A program made the translations under genes and the position numbers. A stretch of DNA of 64,000 nt. Source: Camelus dromedarius (lineage: Eukaryota). The notes beneath the pieces were generated by a model. That model was given only the letters and a program-made list of their open reading frames with translations. It had not been told where the DNA came from and did no database searches. The DNA is taken from positions 15,934,001 to 15,998,000 of the forward strand of contig NC_087436.1 of NCBI RefSeq assembly GCF_036321535.1, written 5' to 3'. This document shows, in pieces, positions 49,214 to 61,805 of the stretch (positions are counted from its first letter, which is position 1; each line of letters opens with the position of its first letter).

Positions 49214-49787
49214 TGTTCTGGTTATGTACTGCTATGTAGCACACTGCCTTGACGCTAAAACCACGACTGTTTTCGTCTTTTTATCCTGACTTTGTGAATT
49301 TGATTTGGACAAAGCACACTGGTAATGATTCACCCCTGCTCCAGATGATGTTTGCTGGGGTTGAAAGCCTGAGATGGATCTTCTGCTCATGTATCTAGTG
49401 TCTGAGCTAGGATGGCCTCAAGAGCTAGGGCTGACTGACTGCAGTGGCTTGGCTGGATTTGTATGTGTGGGGCCTTGATACTTGTTCTCAGCTGAATTCT
49501 GTGGTTTTGCTCCATTAGTTAGGAGGTCCTCTTCCTCTTTATGTGGTCTCTATGCATGTTCTCTCTATCAGGGTAGCCAGATTGCTTACAGAGATGTGCA
49601 GGGATTCTGAGAATGCACAAGCTGCCTGACATTCTTAAAGGCTGGGCACAGACCTGGCCCAGTGCTCTGTCTCTCACATTCTACTGGTTAAAGTAAGTCA
49701 GGCCCAGCCCAGATTCAAGGACTTCTCAAGGGGGTGAATGCCAGGAGGCATGGGCCTGTAGAACCATTCATGTGACAGTCTGACATA
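49214..49787 (-). mobile_element. Old MaLR solo LTR (MLT1J/K/L-like)
   Basis: tgttctggttatgtactgctatgtagcac...ttctactggttaaagtaagtca.ggcccagcccagattcaagg; 5-bp TSD ACCAG at 49209-49213 and 49788-49792. Confidence 0.75.
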
Positions 49788-50840
49788 ACCAGTTAGGGGG
49801 ATATTGCAGTAATCTAGACAAGAGGTGATGTGGGGATGGACTGGGGTGGTAGCTGTAGAGCTGGTGAGACTCTGTCAGATTCTGGATGTGTTCTGATGGT
49901 GAGAAAACAGGATTTTAAAATATTGGGTGTGGATATGTGAAAGGTGGAAGGTAGTCAAGAATGATTATAAAGTATAGTGGAACAGACTGAAGGTAAAACA
50001 TATTCAAGGAAAGATAAGAAACTCAGTTTTCAGCATACTGAGTTTGAGATGTCTTTTAGACATAGAAGATGTAGAATAGGCAGTTACAGATAACAGTCTG
50101 AATTTTTTTTTGACATAGTGGTTTTTAGAACTTTGAGAGTGAATGAGACCACAAAGGGAATAAATGTTGCCAGAAAAAAATAAATGGGGTAAGAACTAAG
50201 TCCCTCTGATTTAAGAAATCAGGGAGAGAAAGAAGTGAAGAAAATTGAGGAACAATCAGTGAGAGAGTTGATGAAAAACCAGATGAGCGTGGTGTCCTGT
50301 AAGCTGAGTGAATACAGTGTTATCACGCTGGAGGGAATAACTAGTTGCTGCAGCTGTGTCAAGTGATGTGAGGACTGAGAACTGACTATTGGACTTAGCA
50401 TTTTTGTTGGAATGGAGTGAATGCCTGGCTGGAGAAATGAAAATCAAATAGAAAAGGTAGTGCTACTTATTGAACTAGCTTTTAAGGATCATTGAGTTAT
50501 TCATGCACTGTAGGAGGGGTAACAAGTTTTTTTTAGCAGTAGAAACCACGTTTGAGGTAGATGTGTTGGGATCAGTCTCTGAAGAAATGCCCATGTATAA
50601 AGGCATGGAAGCTCAAAACACGTCCCATGTTCAGCAAGCAGTTTACTGTGGTGAAGAATAATGTGCTATGGCGTGGGTAGCAGGAGATAAAGGTGGAGAT
50701 GAATAGTCATCTGGTAAGTATTTACTGACCACCCACTACTTGCTAGGCATTGTTGTAGGCCCAGGCATTGTTATGGGTGCTGGTGATGAAATATTAAAGA
50801 AGACAAATTCGCTGCCCTGATGAAGTGTATGTCCTAGTAG
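49788..50840. mobile_element. L2 fragments
   Basis: accagttagggg.atattgcagtaatctag..aagaggtgatg; gagtttgagatgtc; gaggactgagaactgactattgga; tatttactga...tgccctgatgaag. Confidence 0.7.
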
Positions 50841-51176
50841 ACTCTTATTATTGAAGAACCTTGTATTTTATCCTAAGGATTTTGGGCTTTTTCTTGTCGG
50901 CCAGTGGCTTCCAACTCATTGGTATGTCATGTTCAGTTTGGGATTTTCTCAGATACTTTGTTATTATTTATTGTTTTATTAAACTATCTATTTTGATGCT
51001 GTGTGTTTATGTGACGCATTTTATAGATTATGTAATTTATTTTTGCCTTTTAGAACATGCCATATATCTCATAATTTAAAATAGTAGATGGATATTAGGA
51101 CAAAATTAAGAAGTCATATATCAAAAATGGGTTCTGAATTTTTTTTATTTGTATTTTTCTTCTCTTTCTGGGTAAG

Positions 51177-51624
51177 ATGTGGAAAGCTCACCAGCAGCAT
51201 CCAGCCCGTTATCTCCGGCATCAGTGGAGGAATCGGGAAGCACATCATCTGCTCGAAGGAGGGACTCGGGCATCGGGGAAGAAACAGCTACTGGTTTAGG
51301 AAGCAGTGTGAGTGTAGCTTCTCCTGTGGCACCTCCAAGTGTCAGTGCAGGCCCCGATGCAATCAGTGAGGTGCTGTGCACTCTTTCTTTAGAAGTCAAT
51401 AAATCTCAGGAAACCAAAAATGATGGAGGAAATGAGTTGGATAACAAGGCTGCACCGTCAGTTCCAGTTTCAAAAAATGTCAACGTGAAGGACATTCTCC
51501 GAAGCTTGGTTAACATACCAGCAGATGGAGTCACAGTGGATTCTGCCCTCCTGCCACCGGCTGGCCTTGGAGCTCTTGGCGATCTGTCTGTTGAACAACC
51601 TGTGCAGTTCAGATCTTTTGACAG
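51177..51624 (+). CDS. LRBA: LRBA coding exon (window exon 16, ~448 nt; 5' boundary less certain)
   Basis: First AG after the pyrimidine tract is ggtaag|AT (in frame); (D)VESSPAASSPLSPASVEES...KNVNVKDILRSLVNIPADG...QFRSFD(R); AG|gtagtg; phase 1 to 2. Other in-frame AGs exist at 51194 and 51197. Confidence 0.9.
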
Positions 51625-51750
51625 GTAGTGTAAATAGTCTTCTGTTTTGGTATGCTTATAAATGTATAAATTATAAAGATTTACAAGGTGAACAGGAATT
51701 TAACTTCACTCTGCTAAATTTTGTAGCTTCAATATAAAAAAGGGATATTT

Positions 51751-51799
51751 TACCAGAAATTGACACAACATTGTATGTTGACTACAATTTAAAAAAAAA
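51751..51799 (+). mobile_element. ~50-bp L1 3' terminus (extreme 5' truncation)
   Basis: taccagaaattgacacaacattgtatgttgactac + A9; flanks aaaaaagggatatt / aaaaaggggatgtt resemble a TSD. Confidence 0.7.
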
Positions 51800-52279
51800 G
51801 GGGATGTTCGATCTAGTTTATAAAAATTACAGGGATATTATGTTGTAGGATTTGTATATCATTTCAGATTTTTACTTATCAATATAATCAATAAGATGAT
51901 GTAAAATAGTTTTAATGATACACGGGCAAGTTGTATTTTAAACAATTTTTTTCTTCATTACAACTTAGAAATCACCAATACTTACAAATGGTTGCCTTTC
52001 ACTTCCCTGCTGTTGGTACTGTGTTAGCCTTTGTGAAAAAAAGTGGGAATCTGTGAATTCCAATAGACTCAGGAATTCAACAAAGTATGGAGAGTCTTGA
52101 CAGCTTGAGAAAGCTGACTGCAGACTCTTGACTTGGCTGTCCTAAGAAACCTTCTGCTAATTTGCCTAAAATTTTTCTATGTTTTAAAATTTTCTGCAAT
52201 TCTATCTGTAAGGCATGTATATATTAGAGTTATGAAACACATTCTTTTTCAAAACTCAATATTTTTATCTGGAAACAAG

Positions 52280-53070
52280 TTCTAATTTAATAGAAAAGTT
52301 GTCAGTTAAAAGAACTTTTATTTTTCCTGAGTCATTTGAAGGGACGTGGACATATATGTACTCTGTTACTCTATCTGTGAGTAGTATACTGTATATTTTC
52401 TATGTAGCCACAATACGTTTATCAAAATTAGGAAATTAATACTGCTATATCACTACCTTCTAATCTTCAAACAGCTTTCAGATTTCACTAATTGTCTCAA
52501 TACTGCTCTTTATAGAAGATAAAATAGAAGGATCCAATTAAGAATTATGTGTTGTTTTTTGTTGTGTCTCTTTATTCTTCTTCAATCTGGAAGAGCAGCT
52601 CCTTAGTCTTTCCTTGAATTTAATGATCTTGACACTTTAGAAGATGAGAGCCCAGCTGTTTTGTAGAATGTCCCTCAGTTTAGATTTGTCTAATGTTTCC
52701 TCAGGGTTAGATTCAAGTTAAAGCATCTTTGGCAGTAATATCACAGAAGTGACATTGTTTCTTCCTGTTGTGTTGTAACAAGTGGTACATGGTTTTATCT
52801 CATTACTGATGATGTTCATCCTGATCGTTTATTAAAATGATGTTTTCTCCACTGTGAAGGTATTCCTTGTGAAGAGGTGCTCTGAGACTCTTATTATCTT
52901 CATCTAATGAATTCAGTACATTCATTATGGTCTCATGGTTTCCTATATTATTCAATGAATTATAATCTGTTGTTCTTGTTATTTATGTTGATGCTCAAAT
53001 TGTCTGTGATTTGGCCTCTGGGATTCCCCTCTGGTTGGCTCTGCTTTCTTTTGACATACCATCATCATAA
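52280..53070 (-). mobile_element. Old L1MC-like 3'UTR fragment
   Basis: tcttcaatctggaa...ttttgtagaatgtccctcagtttagatttgtctaatgtttcctc...ggcagtaatatcacagaagtga...gatgctcaaattgtc. Confidence 0.7.
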
Positions 53071-53419
53071 TTTCCCTCTGTCTGATTGTTTATTTCTTTA
53101 TCTGCAGTTCTCTTTATTTTATCTCATCTCCTAGTTTTCTGCTTCAGACTTGCTGACACATTGGATATACCAAGCTGGTTAAAATTTTTTATGGTAATTA
53201 AGATGCTCTGAAAGAACACAGGGAGTATATAATTTTAGTGGAAAATCTTTTTGCCATCATCCTCTGTCATCCTGTTCCCTCTACCTCTGTTTAAAAGTTA
53301 GTCAGTGTCCTGAAATGAAGAGATTGACAAGAGTCTAAATTCCAGGTATATAGCATATTGGCATGTGTATAAAGTGACATTATAGATATAGTGGCTGCTA
53401 GATTCAAATGTCTTTTTCT

Positions 53420-54780
53420 TTTTTTAATAGGCTTTGAAATATAGGAGTTAAAATATTGACTCTAGAAATCAAACAAACTGAGTTTGCGTTCTGGCTTTAT
53501 GACTTATTAGTGAATGTAGTAGACAAGTTACCTCATCCTCTTGAGCCTCATTTTCCTTGTCCTTAAATCGCGTAATACCATATTGCCATTAAACAGAAAA
53601 GAAAAGCAGAACAGTATGTACTGGTGTGAAATGTACTGAAGATGTACTAATGTAAAGCATTTAGCTTGGAGAAATTCATCAATAAATGTAAACCGAGCTG
53701 TCACATCTGTTGAAACCCTCAGCTGCTGCTGTTCTTTGGTGTGTGCGTGCGTGATTATATGGACACTAAGTATTTGGAATACATACTGCAGGTAAAAGGG
53801 TTGTATTCTCAGTATATACATATAATGCTAAAAAACGGATAAAATGACTAATCTAGAAAAACTGACAAATGACGGGAACAGGTAGTTCATGTAAGAAGAG
53901 AAATACTGCTAATATGCAGATATGTAAAGATACTCTATGTCACAAATAATGAAGGAAATAAATACTAAAATAACCAGAAGATTGTTTCATCTGATTAAAT
54001 TTGTAGAGATGTAAAAGATGGTGCCTAGTGTTAGTGAGGATATGAAGAAACATTTTTCTGTTTTTGAGAGGGCATATTGGTACAGTTTATTCAAGGGAAA
54101 ATTGGCAGTTAATTTTATTAATTAAAATTTAACATATGTAAACCTAATTATATCTCTGGATGTTTATACAGTACATATATGCAAGTATAAAATGTTTTCT
54201 ACTGTAAGAGGAGTTTCATTGTTAAGCTAATACCTGTTGAGCTTTTACTCTGTGAAGGCCTGTTAAAGTGCATTTTTTAGATAGTAGGTAGGTAGGTGCA
54301 TAGATGGATACTATTTTTAGTCTTACTTTAGAGATGAAGAAAATGAGGCATACGGAAAGGAAGTAAGTAGCTTAAGCTCTTGCTAGTAAGTGATAGAGCT
54401 AAGATTTGAGCCACGGCCAGTGGACTCTAGACCTTGTTGGGTGTGCTTTGCAAACATAGTTGCTAATTTATGAAGGATTGCTTACATGTGTTGTTTCATA
54501 TACATATATAATAAATACTGTGCAGTCATTAAAAGAGAGAAAAGCACGATACTATATATTGATATAAAGTGATGTTGAAGATTTATTATTAAATGAAAAA
54601 AGCAGTGTACAATTTGTTTGGAATTTGTGGTCTTTCAAACAAATATATATATGTTCACATATGCCTCAAAAATTATATAACAAATTGCAATGGCTATATT
54701 GTGAGGGAGAGAAAAAGTGTAAATGATTAGTTTTTTAATGGTCATAATTTTTATAATTTGTTTGAATTTATATTACTCTT
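53420..54780. mobile_element. Mixed MIR (approx. 53440-53690, 54220-54435) and old sense L1ME remnants
   Basis: acaagttacctcatcctcttgagcctcattttcct; ttagagatgaagaaaatgaggca; aaatactgtgcagtcattaaaa. Confidence 0.55.
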
Positions 54781-57519
54781 AGATTGAGTAGTCAGAAAAA
54801 CTTACTGTATAGATTTTTAAATTTAATATACCTTTCTAATACACTCAAAAGTTGTTTCCTTAGAAATGCCCCAAATTTCATATATTTTTGGCATTTCTTT
54901 CTTTTTAAATAGGGTAGAAATTAAGTCTATACCTTAGTGATACCTTCAGTAAGTAGGTTGTGAACTTATTTAGGAAACTGTGCTTAGGGAATACATTTTA
55001 AGGGGTTCATTGAAATAGAAAAACAAAGGGGGATTTTGGTAATAGCATTTTTCAGGGTGTTATTTGGAATTTACATGTTTGGTATGCATTTAATGTATTG
55101 TCTGATGGCAAGCAAACTGCTCTGTTTTTCCCCCTCTTTTTCTTAGTAAGAGATACCTTTTGAAAAACGGTTTTCATGCAGCTTTAGACCAGAGGAATAC
55201 CTTTTGAGAATTTCAAAGCATCCCTCTGATCGTGTGTTTATCTCTGGAATGCTGTGTCAGAAATCACAACTCTCCTCATATCTTAAGAATTATCAACTTC
55301 CAAGCAATAACTGGAAAGTTTAGAGTAACAGCTACATGAGTGGAACCTTGCTGAAAGGCTGCCAGGTTGTGGGCCTTTGTGGATGGCAAGGTGTTTGTGC
55401 TCATTCCCATGCCGGAATTCTTGCTCTTATCTAATTCGAAGATCCTCTCTGGTGATTAGTGGATGCCAGGGATTTATCTTGATAAAGTTCAAGGGCTTGT
55501 CTGGCTTTTCAACTAGATCCTTAGGGACTGAAGTACTAGGCTTAAAATGCTCTTTTCTCTTTCAGTGGACTATTTGCATGTTAAATAAAATAGCATTTAT
55601 ATGAAAGTTTGTGATATTTCAAACTGATAGTACTTCTGAAATGGAACTTCTGAACCTTAGTGATCTGAAAGACATTGTTTCTTTTTGCTGTTGTTACTAG
55701 TTAAAAGAAAAAATCTTAAAAAAAAAAAAAAAAAAAGAGACTCCCTAGTTCAGGTAAAAACCCCCACAAAAGTCAGCAGTGTTTATACTTGCTTTCTGTC
55801 GAGGCCTAGGAAAATTACTTCTTTCTCATCTGTAAAATGGACATAATAGTATGTAATGTTTACCTTATGGGTTGTTGTAAGTTTAATTTCCTCACGGGTT
55901 GTTGAAAATATAAATAATTCATATGTGTCCTTAGTATAGAGCCTAACAAATACTAATTATTCATTAAAGTTGATGAGTATAAATAAAAAGAATAATAATA
56001 TGTGCAATTTTATACTTTAGTAATTGGTTTTTAATTGAAAGTTTGGAAAAATAGCTTCCCTAACTAAAAGACATACTTATCTTCCAAATTTTTAATGCCA
56101 AAACATTTGAAATGCTTTTTGTTAAAATGGATGGTGGATATTAAAAATTCAGTGATTTCTTTCTTAAATATTAGCAAGGATTTCAATTTGTCTCTTAAGT
56201 AGACACTTAAGCTATAGCATGAGAACAGTGCATTTAAAAAAAATACTGTAAAACATGATAAATACAGCTTTAAAGATTGAAGATTGTTGAAGATTTTAGG
56301 TTTTTTTTACACTGAAATTTTATAATAGCAAAAACAGTTGGTAAATGGCATGAAAATATCCTGAAATCTGCCTACTGCTTAATATCCTTTTAAGTGAATC
56401 ATTGTGACTGAATTTTCTTTGTTTTTATGTAGCCCAAAGCTGAAGTATTACTGTGTTACTTCCTCAGAGATGATTTGAATCAGTCAATGAATTTTGAAAT
56501 TGATTTATTTTATTTCTCTAGTATGTACTAAGTACATAGCTGGCCCAAAGAATATGGTTTGTTCCATTTGTGAGCAGATACATTTTTGTATGTTTGTAGT
56601 AGGACATAGATAATTTTTTATCTTGGAAGTCTTTATTACCATTGCTTATCAATGACTATAATATAGAGTATGTTTAAATATTAATATGATTGTGACAATG
56701 GTTTCTCAACTCTTTGAACATTCTAAAAACCATGTAAGTGTACTCTTTAAATGAATAATAAATTGTATGGTATGTGAATTTATCATAATAAAACTTAAAG
56801 GTCAGTATGAGGAAATAGTTGAAATTTGAGGCTCTTATTTAGACAAACCTGGAATTGTGGGGCAGTTTTGCCTTTACCTTGGCAAGTTAGTTACTTTACC
56901 TTTCTGAGCTTTTACTTTTTACATTTTTTAAGTGGAAGTAATATTTATGTTAGGACTGTTTTGTGAATGGAGTCATAATTCTTGGCATATTGTCAGTGCT
57001 TAATCATAGCAGCTATTAATTTATAAGTTTATATACTAAGATCCTGTAGGACTACAAAGAATAATGCATTATGAACTTTGACTTGGCAGTCTGAGGAGGC
57101 TTACCTTTGAGTAAGGTTTTGAAAGGTGAGAAGGAAGTTTGCTGGCAAGCAGGACTAAGAGGAAGGCATCTTGGCAGAACAAAGGATCAGAGTTGTGAAA
57201 TGATGTACACATTCAGCTCAAGAACTATCAAAGCATACTGAGAAGTGTAAGGAATGCTGGTTAAATGTAAATTCATGTAGGAAACCATGAGATGTGTCAG
57301 GAAGGAGAATATGTGAAAGATCTTGGACAATAGACATTTACTGAACTGAAGGAAAGTATAGCTGTTCATGATTGAAAGCATTATTAATGGCCATTGTTGA
57401 AAGGAATAGAAATGAGGTCAAGTTCTTTTGTTATCTTTTATTAACCATGTCCTCTTGGGCAAATACAGATTGTGCATATTATATTATAGGACATCTGTGG
57501 TAAATTTGTTTTCTTGTTG

Positions 57520-58350
57520 CTAGTTTTCCAACATTTATAAAATGAAATAATGAAAATGTTTAAACGTACAGAGAAGTTAACGGTAGTGAACATTCAGAGA
57601 CCCATCACTGAGATTCTGCAATTAACCTTTAGCTGTTAGTGTCATTGAACAATTCTCCATATATCCATCTTTCTATCCATCAGTCTTATTTTTTTGTTGG
57701 ATTGCAAAGTATGCTGCAGATGTCAGAACCCTTCACTGTTAAACATTTCAGCATGTAGATCTCGAAACAGTGGTCGATATAGCTCATAAGGTAAAATGTA
57801 CATACAATGAAAGGTACAGGTCTTAAGTGTGCCATTTGATGAGTTTTGACAGATTTAAACAGCTGTGTAACCTAAGTTTCCAATCAAGATATCATCAGTC
57901 TTTAAAGTTCCTTCATGCTCTTTCCCAGCCAATGCCTGTCTCCACCCTCTGCAGGCAATTATTGTTCTAGTCTTTGTTTTTTGTTTTTTTAACAACAGAT
58001 ACATTTGCCCTTTCTAGAACCTCATATAAAAAGAAATACCAAGTTTGTGTTGCTCTGTGTAAGGCTTCCTTCAGTCAACATAATGCTTTTGAGATTCATC
58101 CATGTTATGTTTATCAGTAGCTTGTTTCTTTCTTTTTATTGCTGAATATTACTCCATTGTATTAGCATACCACCGTATTTTTATTCGTTTTTCTGCTTAA
58201 AGGATTCAGGGCTGTTTCCAATTTTTGGCTGGTATAAAATAAAGCCTTTCTGAATTTTATTCTACCCATTTTTTCTCAACATATGTTGTCTTAGGGAAAT
58301 TTCTAAGAGTGGAGTTGCTGGTACATAGGGTAGGTTTATGTCTTAAATTT
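57520..58350 (-). mobile_element. Old L1 (L1MB/ME-like) 3'UTR fragment
   Basis: tcttaagtgtgccatttgatgagttttgaca...aacataatgcttttgagattcatccatgtt...ttttattgctgaatattactccattgta...gagtggagttgctgg. Confidence 0.75.
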
Positions 58351-58649
58351 CAAATATAGAAAACCAATTTCACTATTTTAAATATTATTTTCTGTTGCTC
58401 CTATCTGTATTTATCTATTGTATGCGGAAACTAGATCTTGCTACTTCTTTGTTTTGGGAACAAATGTGAAAGTAAACTTTTAAGTATTCCTTCTCCCCTC
58501 TCCCCCAAAAAATAGGTTGCTAGGAAATAGGTAGCTAGAGATTCTCTTAAATAATAGGCTTGTAAATTTCTGCCTCGAGTAGGAAATACACAAATTACTT
58601 TTAATACAAAACAGTTCAGTTTTCTGAATGTACCACCAGCCCACGTGGA

Positions 58650-58668
58650 CACACACACACACACACAC
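58650..58668. repeat. (CA)n microsatellite
   Basis: About 10 perfect AC/CA units. Confidence 0.9.
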
Positions 58669-60009
58669 AGGGGTCATATCTACTTCCCCTAAAGTTAATA
58701 ATCTTCATCTGATATAAGCTACCATGATTTAAGCACACCATTTTGGATTGAGGGCTCAGGTGGCTGTTGCTTCTATTTTTTAGTGTATAGTTAACATTGG
58801 CAGTCACCCTTATAATGAAGCGACACCAGCTATCCCCAAATACATTGAATAAGCCATGCTTAGCACGAGAGAACTTGATTTAATTGGCAACAGTGTTTGC
58901 TGTCACATGATAGGCACTGGAGTAAAACGGAACCTATTTCACTTTGTTTTGTCTCTTTCTGATGTAACATCAAAAACAAAATATATTTTTAAAGTACTGG
59001 AATTACATTATTTCCACTTTTGAATACAGTTATTGGGATCAAGTATCTAATAAGTTTATTTAGAAACTGAATTCTTTAAAGCTATTAAGGGAATACTTGA
59101 AGCTTGCAGTTACAATATTGTCAACAAAAGATGTGATTAAGTAAATTGAATGTTGAAGACTTTGGGCTTACGGTTAACATCAGGTAATTAAAAGTAAGCA
59201 CTGCTGTGGGAATGCATTATATATCAGCTGTCCTCTTTACCTCATTAACTGGATTTTTGCATGTTTATGGAGCTAACTTCAATTAAAAATGCCTTTTAAG
59301 TTATGCCTAATAAGGTCTTTTAGTTACTATTTTGGTATAAAGTATTACACTTTAATTGAAATTGGTATATCATAAATACTTGTATTTGAATAATTCCCAA
59401 GATGAACAGATTTGATTATTTGATATTTTTATATCTAGCTTTTATGCCTATGTGTTGTTTTCTCTATGTAATGTTGTCAAAAGACAGTCTTTTAGGGTTA
59501 AAAAGTAAAACGAGTTGTATACATGTTAAAAAATATTCATATCTGATTTCTAAGGTTTTATCATTTCAAATTAGCAGTGCTTTAAAATCCTTATAGAAAC
59601 ATGTTGAATTTTCTGCTTCACTTCTGAAGTTAAAAAAGTTAATTTCTTTTCCACTTGGGTGCCAACATTTTTTATTTATACCTTTGGTTATATCTTAAGT
59701 TGGAAAATTAAAGATGATCCTAAATTTAAAGAATATAATGAATACAGGTTAAAATTTTAAAATGGTATTTCCATAGAACATTGTCCCAATTCTTAAAAAA
59801 CAAAGAAATAAATGAGAACACTGTTGAAGAGATTTCTTGGTTTTCTTTTTATTGAACAGATTTCTTATCGAGAGTATATTCTAAATTGTACATCGAAATG
59901 GCGGTAAGAAAGAAAATTAGAGAAGTTAGTTCCCTATTTCTGATCGGAAATTCATGTGATTAACTTGAGTGATCTGTATTTTAAAGTCTGTTTACTTTCT
60001 TTATTACAG

Positions 60010-60143
60010 AAGTGTCATCATTGCAACAAAAAAATCGTCAGCCTTACCTTGCACACTTTCTACAAGTATACCTACCAATGCTGTTAGTGTGGTGTCTTCA
60101 GTAGATTCAGCCCAAGCCTCAGATGTGGGAGGAGAATCACCTG
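60010..60143 (+). CDS. LRBA: LRBA coding exon (window exon 17, 134 nt)
   Basis: attacag|A; SVIIATKKSSALPCTLSTSIPTNAVSVVSSVDSAQASDVGGESP; G|gtgagt; phase 2 to 1. Confidence 0.94.
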
Positions 60144-61654
60144 GTGAGTTTCAACAGTGGTTCTAACAAAAAAAAGTTTTTAGATCCCATTTTAGCAAAG
60201 CTTAGGATTTTTGATAAAGTTAAATTTTTTTTAGGGATATTATAAATCATTATGCTTTTGTACTATACTGTTGATTGTTCAATAATTTTCTGAATAAATT
60301 TGAGTAATATCAGATGAGGTAAATCAAGGATTTCAGTATTTTCTCCACTTGAAGGTAGTAGTGTGTAATTGGTTGCTGCTGGTTGGGTGGATGAATGCAT
60401 GAATGAATGATAGATTTATTAAAATACTTAATACTTCTTTTCCTTTCCCTGCACTTGAGAAGACATGTATAAACAGTGATTTATATGTGAAAGTTTTGGT
60501 GACATTTGGTCTTTTAATCTGGTTATCAGTTACCAGATGTTCATATAATATCCAGCACTTTGGTTTCTCTTGCGTGGTTTTCTGAATTAGAGACTTGGTA
60601 GGGGGATGCTGCCCTGAAATCTGTCATCATTCTAGCATTAGTCATAGTAGTTCAGTAACTCTTACTGCAATTTGATTTTTGCTCATCCCTCTTTGTATAT
60701 TCCTTCCAAGTACAAAAGTATTTGGGTGTGTGTGTGTGGATACAAGATCCTAAATCCCTAAATGTTGACTGGAAGCTTAGTGATATACCAGGTAAGCTTG
60801 AAGACTGTGTGATATTAAAATGACCAAGTTAGGGCAAAGGGGATATTATTTTATATAAGTAGTATTTTTTTAAGTGTTGTGGTATTTTGTTAAAAAAAAT
60901 TAACAACTGAAAAAAAAAATAACCCCACAAAAGAGTCATTGATTCTTGTTACACTAGAATGAGATTAATGAAAAATAAAAAAATTTTGAAGGAATGACTA
61001 GGTGGCTTGTATTAAAGCCAGGTATAATGTTTTTCCTTCATCTTTTGGATCATCTCATGCCTGCTGTCTGTTGTTCTACTTTTATTTGCTAAACTAATCT
61101 CAGAGAGTTCTGCTTCTCACTTGGTGTTTCTTCTAGCCAGTTGTAAGGGACATTAAATTTTTCCTTTCTGTGTACTATATATCATGTGTTCCAGAAACGA
61201 AGACCGTAATTGTTTATTTTGTCTTTCTCATTTTTTTCTTTCACTGTAACTATTTTGTGTTAGCAAAAATATTTTTTAAAGTTGTAGGTATGATTAATTC
61301 TCTACACATTTCTTAGTGTTAAATAAGAGAAAATGCTCACAGCAAGTTAAGTAAAAAAAATTATATGAAGTGTTTTACATAACTATGTGAACTATGTATA
61401 TACTTTTATTACATGAAAAAGCAAAAAAATGTACTGTGAAGTTACTTGATTATTTCTGTCTGGTTGAATTACTGGAAATTTTATTTTCAAACTTAAATTT
61501 TAGCATATTTTTCAAAAACTTACCAATAGTTCTGTATTATTTTTATACTTAGGAAAAAATAATTGACGAAAAATTTCCACAGGGAAACCAAAAGCTGCAG
61601 TGGTAGTAGACAGAGTTTTGTGCTGCTCTGCTCTTTTTGTTTTATTAAAGCATT

Positions 61655-61805
61655 TTTTAAAATTAATAGACCTTATTTTTTAGGTCAGTTTTAGGTTATA
61701 GAAAGTTTGAATGGAAAGTAGACAGTTCCTATCTACCCCCTAAATCTCACCCTCTCTGCATTCCTTTGTTATTAACATCTTGCAATAGTGTGGTATATTT
61801 GTTAG
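61655..61805 (-). mobile_element. L1MC/MD-like extreme 3' end
   Basis: aattaatagaccttattttttaggtcagttttaggtta.agaaa...ttattaacatcttgca.tagtgtggtatatttgtta. Confidence 0.65.

Noticed and set aside
380..60143. Assignment to the paralog NBEA (neurobeachin)
   Set aside because: Conserved blocks are shared, but exon peptides such as VTFEIHKENLANIFRE, RRDSGIGEETATGLGS and ALGDLSVEQPVQFRSFDR match LRBA as I recall it; reciprocal BLASTP would settle it.
61590..61620. ggtagtaga as possible start of the next LRBA exon
   Set aside because: No pyrimidine tract or correctly placed AG and no LRBA-like continuation; the next constitutive exon appears to lie beyond the window.
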